A stretch of DNA of 64,000 nt from Caerostris darwini. Taxonomy: Eukaryota. Shown piece after piece: positions 53,831 through 62,897 of the stretch; position 1 is the first letter of the stretch; the number at the start of each line of letters is the position of its first letter. Both the position numbers and the translations under genes were made by a program. The DNA is taken from assembly GCA_021605075.1 (NCBI GenBank), contig BPLQ01015363.1, positions 963,513-1,027,512 of the forward strand, given 5' to 3'. The notes under the pieces were generated by a model. That model saw nothing but the letters and a program-made list of their open reading frames with translations, had not been told where the DNA came from and did no database searches.

Positions 53831-54244
53831 ACTAACCATGTTATACTGTTTTTTGTAAATAGGTTCTTTTTTGAAATTTGCTCCAGGGAGTAAAAATCGT
53901 AATTTTTATTAATTATGTCAAACATATAGCATCTTTTTTGCTCTTTACCTTTTGTTTAATAAATAGACTTTGCAAATAAGTCAAATTTGTTTTGCTTCTG
54001 TCTCTTTCTTTGCCTGAACTTCATTATCCTTAATTTATGGACATGAGTGTAAAAAGGGGAGGTGAAAGGGCCTCATAAGTGGAATAGCCGAGGGCCTCTT
54101 TTCATCTAAATCCGGCCCTGGCTGTATTAGATGAAGATTCTGAAAGGAAAGCATTAAAGCATGGGTGGCCAACCCGCGTCCCGCCTTGAATATTTTTCCG
54201 GCCCGTGAGATTTATCACACTCTTACAAATATATTTATTTTATA

Positions 54245-54720
54245 ATGGCCAAAGTAGTGAAAACAGCTGCTTTTGAAAGCCGATTCACAAATTTAGAGTT
54301 AGACAAATACAACAAAATTTTTGAAGTATATTCATCTCCTTTTCATGTTGAAATCGAATCGGCCCCAGAATATTTCCAAATGGGACTGGTTAACTTACAA
54401 TGCAATATTGAATTGAAAACATTTTTTAAACATCAGAATCAAAAATAAATTTTATAACACTTACGTCACAAAAGAGAAATTTTCCAATCTGAAAAATCTA
54501 GCACAAAAAGTTGTTAGCACTTTTGGCTAAACTTCCACCAGCGAATCGGATTTTTTTTCCCCCGTTCGAAAATGAAATTGACCAAACTCAAAACACATTC
54601 AAACATAATGGACGCTAACCTACCACACCAATTAGGATGTGGAATACCCAAATTGTTGAGGTCGATTTGCAGAAGTCAAGTGAAAGAGTGGAGGAACAAA
54701 TATCGCACTAGTAAAATAAA
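54245..54720 (+). mobile_element. Fragment of a hAT-superfamily (Charlie/ZBED-like) transposase C-terminal dimerisation domain, degraded.
   Basis: The fragment reads …SPFHVEIESAPEYFQMGLVNLQCNIELKTFFK… followed by …FSNLKNLAQKVVSTFG, then …MKLTKLKTHSNIMDANL…. This matches the hAT C-terminal pattern NPF.V…P…Q.ELI.LQ.D..LK..F…YP.L…A..L..FGSTY.CE..FS.M..IK.K.R..L. Stop codons and frameshifts are present. Confidence 0.5.
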
Positions 54721-55379
54721 TATTTTTTTAATGACTTCATTTTTTTCTATTTCATTTATATTTATACAGTTTTTATATTTCATTTTTTAGTGTTATATAT
54801 TTCTTTTACAATGTGCTTTTAGTATCATTATTATTATATTATCTATGTTCACATGTTAGAATAGTGATAACTTATTATGTTTCAATTTTTCACTCCGAAA
54901 AATGTCTATAGAGGGTATAAATCTAATATGGGAATATATAATTTTATATGCAGCCCGCGTAGTTATGATGCATTTCCAAAATGGCCAACGAGATCATTTG
55001 GGTTGGGGAGAGAGAGAATTAGAGAATTTGACGAATTGTCTTGTCCAGTTTAAAAGAGAAAAATTAAGAATAGAAATAGAGACATAATTATTTTTCTTTA
55101 TTTTATATTTATTTAAAGTTATTATTATTATTATTAAAAGTAATAAAATAATTGCGAGAAACAGAGCAATTAAAACAAAAAGAGAAAGTAAAAGAAAAGA
55201 AAAGAAAAAAAAATTAAATTTATTCATATAATGCAAGAACAAATTATTTAAGCATTAAATTATTTAAATATTTTTATTTATTTATTTTACGTATTAATTA
55301 ATTAAAAGTTATTTAAAAATCTAAACAAGGAGAAAAAAAACAAAAAAAAACTGTAAAAGGCAATTCGCTGAGAAAGTCG

Positions 55380-55690
55380 CAGACTCACAAGTTGAAAAGA
55401 CTAAAGGCTCGTTCCCACCGCAGCGTGAAGCGTTGAAGATTCATGCGGCAGGCAAGAGAATTTTTTCGACCCCTTTCAGAGCGAAACGTCGGAAATAGCA
55501 TTAAGCCTAGTGAAGTTCCGCTTCGAGTTCAAAGTTGGTCAACTCGAAACAGTGAATTTCAAACCGGTTTCAGGCGAACGTGGCGAGGCTAGTGATTTGT
55601 CAGCGCTTCTCGTTTAAAGCCTCACCTCTCGGTGGGAAGGAGCCTTAACTGGAGAGAACGGAATGGGTGATACAGTCAGTGTCTTTAACA
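55380..55690. other. Unassigned GC-balanced segment with 15-bp complementary ends. It may be the divergent 3' module of the adjacent minus-strand SINE, or a structured-RNA-derived repeat.
   Basis: GGCTCGTTCCCACCG at 55415 is complementary to CGGTGGGAAGGAGCC at 55625. The segment is contiguous with SINE copy E and has no protein-coding signal. Confidence 0.25.
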
Positions 55691-55858
55691 GAAGTGGGGG
55701 TTTGGTTTGGTTTGTCGCTCTACGGTCATCTTGTGCACACGAGGGCTAAACAGATCAGGATCTACAGTTTAAAGTGGATTCCGAACCACTAACATACATC
55801 CATGCCAACGCCAGGATTCGAACCTGAAGCCTGTGATTCAATGGTCAATAGTAGTGGG
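55690..55858 (-). mobile_element. tRNA-derived SINE, copy E. The head and core are present and the tail is divergent.
   Basis: The reverse complement reads …ggcttcaggttcgaatcctggcgttggcatggatgtatgttagtggttcggaatccactttaaactgtagatcc…, which is the B box plus the family core. Confidence 0.65.
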
Positions 55859-56789
55859 GGAAACGGATTGAGACATATATACCTTCATATTACACAGTGC
55901 TGCAAATTATAAAGCAGGAAATTTCATTACATTTTTAAAAACATTGTAAAATTTTAAATTTCGTTCAGAAATGTATTTTTATTTCTATCACAGTGTTTTT
56001 CAGGTAAAAAAAAATACATAAAAAAAAATCATTTAATGCAATTTGAATATTTTTTTTATTTACTATTAAATTTACATAATGCAAAAATATACATTACTAT
56101 GATACAACAAACTTATTGAGAAATTTATCATTGCAGATTTTATTAATGTAAAGGATTAATATAACTCAATTTATAAAGTGACCACGAATTATTTTGTTTA
56201 AAACATTCTCGAATTTTTTATTTTATATATAAGAATCTTTCAAGCGGTATATTTTATTAATTTCCATTGATCTTTACTGATGGCTATAAGAAAAATTTTA
56301 CACGTGTAATTAATTAATATGTAAAATTTTATTTGGAAATTTAAAAGAAATTTATTTATTAAGAAAAACGATTTTTATATTAAAAATAAAAGTAACACTT
56401 TTCCTCACTAAATATTTTTTAGTAAAAAAAAATATATTTGTATATTTAATTTTTTTTTTTTTTTTTTTTTGTCAAGTTTGATAATTAGTAGCCACATAAT
56501 CAAAGAACGAGAAGAGTCAGCATTCAGATACAAATATGATCCACTGTCACAATGAACACTTATTTTGATAAACATTCCTAGTTTGCATCAGTTGTATAAA
56601 AATTCTGTATTTATGAAACATTAGTAGAGCATTAAAAAAATATCATAGAATAAACATGAAAAACATAATAGAAATAAATGAAATGAAAGTATTAAAAAAT
56701 TGAGATTAAAAAATAATTTAAATGTCTAGTTACTTCGGATTATCACATATGTAGATTATTTTGTACAATATTTTTGCGACTACAAATTA

Positions 56790-57013
56790 TGTATAGAAAT
56801 AGCCCAAAGTTATTCACTCAGCACTACCTAGAAGGTGCGTATAACTTGAAGATAAGCTACGGACGCGGAGTAACACTACCACAACGCTCTATGATCCTGT
56901 TAGACCGGGACCTACGGTTTAAAGTGAATTCCGAACTACTACAAACATCCATGGCACCACCAGAACTCGAACCCGAAACCTGAGGTACAGAGCCACTCTA
57001 CCATTCAGGCCCT
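56790..57013 (-). mobile_element. tRNA-derived SINE, copy D, on the minus strand.
   Basis: The reverse complement reads agggcctgaatggtagagtggctctgtacctcaggtttcgggttcgagttctggtggtgccatggatgtttgtagtagttcggaattcactttaaaccgtaggtcccggtc…. ORF 56774–56983 lies inside it and is spurious. Confidence 0.8.
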
Positions 57014-57616
57014 GTAAAAAGCTTATTGTCGATAACATTCTTCAGATAATTATTTCTTTAAGCGGAAACACATAACCACTCGGTTATTAGATAGTCAAAC
57101 CTCTACGTCTTCTAATTAACTTTTTTTTAAAGGGGGCATCTAGGAGAAGGACACATTAACAGTCAAGCTTGAGAACGTAAGCAACATTTGGTTCGCATGA
57201 GGTAGATTTGAATTATTGAAAATGCTTTCTTTTTTTATTGAGAAGTCAGTGGATTTAATTTCGCAGCGTTAATCTCAATTTATCCTGTTGTTTTGTTCTA
57301 GGTTTTTCTGGTAATACAGAATTGATTTCCTTTTTTTTTTCTTTGATTTCCACCGTTCAGGTAAGTCACCTGTATTTATTTGCATTTATTTTCAATTTTT
57401 TTTTCTCTGGGTTTTTGTTAACGACTTAATGTGAGTTTAGAAGCCCCAACACTCTGAGTGGGCGAGCTTAGAGTTTTAACATGGCAGATAATAATTTAAA
57501 TTCTAATCTCATGGAATATACCTCCGAAGTTTATCTTACTTTCATTTCTCATCGGGACATAATTTCAAAATTACAAATTATATAGGAAAATGGCGCTCTT
57601 TCCTTTATTTTATTCC

Positions 57617-58260
57617 AGGTTCCGAACGACGCGATACCAAAAGCACATCCCAGAGTTCTAAAGGAAAAGATATCGTCAAAAGTAACTACCTTGAAATATA
57701 TTGACTGTATCCGTATCACTCGACGAAACGAATCCTATCTACTACTCACTTTGATACAGCCAAAGAATTGGCAAAAATAAAAGCCATTAGGGGAGTTCCA
57801 GTCAAAGCATCTCTTTACCCAGAAAAGATCGCCACCAGATTTCTGCTTTATAACATTCCTACAGATATATCACTTGAAGAACTTGCATCAGAATTGGAAG
57901 AGGAAAATAATATATCTGTCACAGAACTCATGCGATTTGCAGGAAAAGGAGCAGCACTGACGTCTTCCACCCCAGTTTTAATTACTGTATTAGGTACAAT
58001 CTTGCCAGAAAATGCTAGATTATGGCTTACAACAAAAAATATCTCTGTTTTATGATAATCCCCGTCAGTGTCGTAATGTTATTCCTATGCTCACCCAACA
58101 GCAAATTATAAAAATTCAATGGCCTGGGAATTCTGCAGCGATAGACATATTATAGGCTCGTGCTCAACTCAAATTCCTAAATGTATCAATTGCAGTGAAA
58201 CACATAAAACCACTGATGTTAATTGTCCCAAACGTAAAGCCTAAGAAAAATTTCTGCAAT
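57617..58260 (+). mobile_element. gag/ORF1-like repeat unit, copy c.
   Basis: The translation reads …VPNDAIPKAHPRVLKEKISSKVTTLKYIDCIRITRR… and ORF 57768–58055 reads …NIPTDISLEELASELEEENNISVTELMRFAGKGAALTSSTPVLITVLGTILPENARLWLTTK…. A knuckle IPKCINCSETHKTTDVNCPKRKA follows. Confidence 0.6.
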
Positions 58261-58379
58261 TTAAGACTTTTAACAGACTTTCTTTCATTGAAGATCGGAA
58301 ACTATATCGCGTTCCGAAGGAAGACTCCTTTCCCTCCAAAGTTAAAGCTGATACTATTTCCAATTTGATTACAAACGAT

Positions 58380-58520
58380 GAAATTACAAAATTATTTCAA
58401 CAGCAAGCCATGGAAACACGAAAATTTGGGCTGAATTCATCCTCATTATGCCCGATCTGCAAGACTCCGGAAACAATTAAACACATTTTTTTGGATCCAT
58501 AAAATAAGTAGAAGCATGAA
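58380..58520 (+). mobile_element. Possible non-LTR ORF2 C-terminal Cys/His motif.
   Basis: The translation …FGLNSSSLCPICKTPETIKHIFLDP* resembles the C-X2-C-X6-8-H motif found at LINE ORF2 C-termini. Confidence 0.35.
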
Positions 58521-60139
58521 ATAAACTGCAAAGTGATTATGGATATAGAGTTCTGATTTACTCTTGGATATTTGATATGCCAGATGATGCTTATTATAAG
58601 ACACAACAGTACTTTAATTTCTACGAAAAATCTAGTAATCCTGTAAGCTATGGGGGTACCCTCACTTTTTCTATCAGAGGTTATTATTTCTTTTTCACTT
58701 TTTATTTCAAGTACTAGTTGTGCTTTATATTTTCTAATTATCGTTCAACTGTTGAAATATTATGGTCTGTTAGATCTGAAGTTTTACCCATTTTTCTTCT
58801 TTTTCAAATTTACTTTTTTTATTTATATTCTTTTGGTTGATAGAAAGTACGAGCAACGATTCTTGTGTTTTAACAGGAATTTGTAAGCCGTCATAAGCAA
58901 CGAATTCAAAAATTCCGAGTTTTAGAATAAAGGTTTCATTTCCACTTTTTAAAATTTTTTTTATCTGTTGTATATTTTAAAAAGCATTTGGATAAATTGA
59001 GATAAAACAGCATCAGCGAGCATACAACTCAAAGTACCAAGTCGCATGTGCTTTAGTAAAAACGAAAACAAAACGGGAAACGAAACTTTTGTAGAAGGGA
59101 ATTCCCCTGATTTATTATCTGTGATAAGGTTTTAAATATAAATTTAACGACCAGACGCAGCTTATCATTTTCGTGTTGAATGTACGCGAAAAGTAGGAAA
59201 AAAAAGTAAATTGCTGTAAGTTAAATTGATATTCTTATTAGTTTTTAAAAATTTATCTTAAACTATTTCATATTGTATTATGTGCACTATTGTTTGTATA
59301 GTATATATTCAAAGTAATGCTATTTCTTTTGCACATTATTTAAACAGAAGAAAAATTGTTCCACATTTACTCTGCATTATAAATTAATCTATTAATGCTA
59401 TTAAAAAAACTATAATTGAAATTTTCTTTGAATTGGTATATAATAACAATAATTCAAATATAATAATACTTTAATCGAATTTTGCAACACTATGCGAATA
59501 AAAACCATTTTTTGGGGGTTTTAAACAATTATTTAATAGCATATTTATTTAATTGTAAAAGAAGTTGTTCTTCGTGTTATTGTAATATAGTAAAAAGTTT
59601 TATTAAATTTCAAGAATAGAATGCATTAATATTTAAATTAGGAATTTATGTACAAAGACTTTCATGTATATATTTAATGAGACATTAAATGAGTTTTAGA
59701 AAGTTTATTAGAAATGCATGTTTTTCAAATTACTGTTTAAATATCAAGTTGAATTAATTTATTACAAAAATGTTCTTAAAATATCTTATATTGTTCTGTG
59801 GATTATAAAAATCTTATAAGATTTATGCTCACTTATGGGCAGTTTTATCTTGAATTATTTGAATAAATTTCAAAATTACTATGCAAGTTATTTGGTTGAT
59901 AAACGAGTAATTTCAGTTTTCACAAAAAATACATTGTAAAAACTGAACATACTTTCTTGTAAGCACAATATTTCATAGTTCAATTTTTTTTAATTTTAAT
60001 TTTTTGAAATTGTAGAATTATTTTTTTGTGTTATTATTTCAACTGAAAATTTTAATATGCTTAAAAAAAAAATTGTAATGCCTCAATTTATTAAAAACAA
60101 TTTTCTCAAAATTTATTATATATGGAATATTAGATAACT

Positions 60140-60431
60140 GGGGCCGGATGGCCGAGTGGCTAGCACTCGGTACCACAGTTTTCGGGTTTGGGTCCCGACT
60201 GTGCCATGGATGTTTGTAATGGTTCGGAACCCACTTTAAACCATAGATCTCGGTCTAATTTTGATCATAGAGCATTGTGGGGGTATTGTTACTCTGAGTC
60301 TGTAGCTTTTCTTTAAGCAACATGCCCCCCTGGGTAGTGCTAAGTGAGTAAAGTCGGTGCAGCCTTTGTTCATGACATAAAAGACGACTGTCTAATATGT
60401 ATTTGCCAGCTGCAGTAGAAACAAAACATGA
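60140..60431 (+). mobile_element. tRNA-derived SINE, copy C.
   Basis: The head reads ggggccggatggccgagtggctagcactcggtaccacagttttcgggtttgggtcccg, followed by the core ccatggatgtttgtaatggttcggaacccactttaaaccatagatctcggtc. The flanks (tagataact and ttgataact) form an approximate target-site duplication. Confidence 0.8.
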
Positions 60432-62640
60432 TTGATAACTATAATAACACACATTCACATATGTTTTAATGACAAAACTATATAACTAATCAAAACAGCT
60501 TGAATATTGCTTATGAATTAATTTAACTTTATTTATTATGATTTTATTTTGAGAAGTGAAGTATAAATTGATCATTATTATATTTTTATTGAATATGCTA
60601 AAGTTTTATTTTATTAAAATTTTATTAATGTGTTAGTGTCAGAATAATTTAATTTATGAATGGACATTGAAGCTTCTTTTTCTAAATTACCATTTTTCAA
60701 TCTTAATTTTTTTTTTTACTTTAACAATAATTTTACTTCAAAGGTCATGTTAATGGTAATATTTTTAATATTTAAGTACTTTGTTATGACTTAAAAACAA
60801 AAATTAAATTACAACTTATGAAAAAATGTCTTGATGTGTACCATGCTAGGGATATGTTGGGACAGCACTGAAATAAGAATGGAGCATATTGATAATGTTA
60901 TGTTTTTATAATTCTATTTTTATATTTTTTTATTTGTATAACTAATAATATTTAACTTAAAAAAATGATTGATTGGTTAAAATGACTAATAAAAATGATT
61001 TACATTTGCAAAATAATTTATTAATGATTAAATTAATTATTCACAGTGTATTTTCAATTATATAAGGACATCTTGACTAGGCAACATTTTAATGTTATAG
61101 AGGATAGTGTTGATGTCACATACCTCATTGGTGGTGGAGGTTATAATGCAATGATTTTTATATCAACTGTACTGACATGTTCTGTGAGAATAAATTTTTT
61201 GTTTTTTCTCCTTGGAAAGCACACAATCTCTTTATTAAACACTTTTAATCTGACCTATATAATGCACTTATTTATTTGTAGCAGAATTTTCGATATAGTA
61301 TTTTAATACGACTCAAGTTTTTTATTGCATCTCACCTACTTATGGGTTCATCATTTTAAGTTTTTAGTATGTAACAATGACATTATAACAACTCTAATTA
61401 GATACTAGTATCCAAATTAAGATTCACACTTCTGCCAGGCTAATTATTAACATAAGCATAAAAAATTTAGCTTCAATATGTTTATTGTACACTATAATCT
61501 TTTAATAGTAATGTATTGGGATTGTGTCAATTTTCCCCCATAAATCAGTGTCCCAATGGATCATTTTCTAAATGGATGCTTATTATTCATTTTCTAGAGC
61601 ACATGGAACTATGATTTGTATTGGAAAAGAAAGTTTAATTGTTTTTATAGACATGGTATATTTCTCAAATTAATTACTTTTCTTTCTTTAATTGAAATGT
61701 TTATATTCACAGAATTAAGAAAAATTGTTTTATATGACAAAAAAATTTTATCTTGCTCTTAAAGCAGCAGTCTTCAAGGAATAGTTGAAATTGCAATTAC
61801 AAGCATGTCCTTTATGGGTCATCATATAATTTTTTACAGTTTCTATTTTTCAATATTTGGTAAATTGTAGCCTTTGTCCTAATGTGGCCTCTCTTCCTCT
61901 AGTAATGAAGTTCTACCACTATTTCTGAAAATCTGGAAAAGGCTTTGGCTTTTATTTGCTTAATTATTCGCCTAACTTGTTCGTCATAAAATTTCCTTGA
62001 AATTGCTGTGAATCTTTTCTGTGATGATTATTAAAAAATTTTTAATGATTTATTTGTATTCAATTATAATAATATTTTTTGCTTTAATTATATTTATGTT
62101 TGCCAGTTTCAGTGATCTCAAAATTTATTAGTTGAGTCACACAAATAGAAATTAAAATTTAAGTAGTATATCTAGTGAAGATTAAAAATTATGCTTTAAG
62201 TTATTTTTTTTGTTTTTTTTTTGTTTGCAGTAACATTGCACTTTCTGAGTTGTTCTACTTTATATTATATAACAAAAAAATACATTTTACATTTCACATT
62301 TATGATTCTTCAAATCAGTTTTGTTTTCTAAAGCATGTTAATCATCTTTTTTTATAAATTTCATGAAATGTGTTTAGTTTTACTTTTTTAAAGTGTTTTC
62401 AGGTTTTTTAATCATTGGCATTTTGTAACAGGTTGTGAAGATGAAAAATGAAATATTATTAATGCATGCTAAGAAAAATATAATAAACAACTGAGAAAAA
62501 AAAAACTATTCAATATTTTACTTAAACTCTTCACTTTCCTTTCTTAAACAATTACTATTTATTCAATTTCTATATTTTATAATTTATTTGAATCTTAAGT
62601 AGCTAATCTTCTTAGAAAATAAATTGCTGTATATGCATTT

Positions 62641-62668
62641 ATTTCTACTTGTTCAAAAAAAAAAAAAA
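62641..62668. repeat. Poly(A) tract of about 28 nt.
   Basis: The tract is directly visible in the sequence. Confidence 0.9.
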
Positions 62669-62897
62669 AAAAAAAAAATATATATTTTGGTTTGTGCATC
62701 TTAATATAATTGACTATTTATAAATAAATTTTTAAAAATAATTCTAATTTTAATTGAGGAGTTGATAGTCTTAATGTAACATAACTTATCTTTACAAAAG
62801 ATTACATTATCAAATTTCTAGATAAAAAGATATTTATAAATTTTTGTGCTTTTTCTCTGAGAACTATATAATATGTAATATATGTATATTTTATAGA

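Larger units (their letters stand above)
52440..54048 (+). mobile_element. Tc1-like DNA transposon, family B, copy C. It is the most complete copy but lacks the left terminal inverted repeat, and it carries a nested SINE.
   Basis: The right terminal repeat …CCTTAATTTATGGACATGAGTG ends at 54048, followed by TA. The transposase ORF starts MVQRKHLDDFLRDRIIGRLE… at 52501. It is about 90% identical to the copy at 34565–35848. Confidence 0.8.

Noticed and set aside
54994-55242. Minus-strand ORF rich in K, I and L.
   Set aside because: It is low-complexity A/T-run translation.
56774-56983. ORF on the + strand (MRLQIMYRNSPKLFTQHYLEGAYNLKISYGRG…).
   Set aside because: It lies entirely within the antisense of SINE copy D and is spurious.
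57617-57620. AG immediately preceding all three gag-like units considered as a splice acceptor, implying an exon.
   Set aside because: Copies lie on both strands in intergenic repeat debris and carry stops. The AG is more simply the first bases of the repeat unit.
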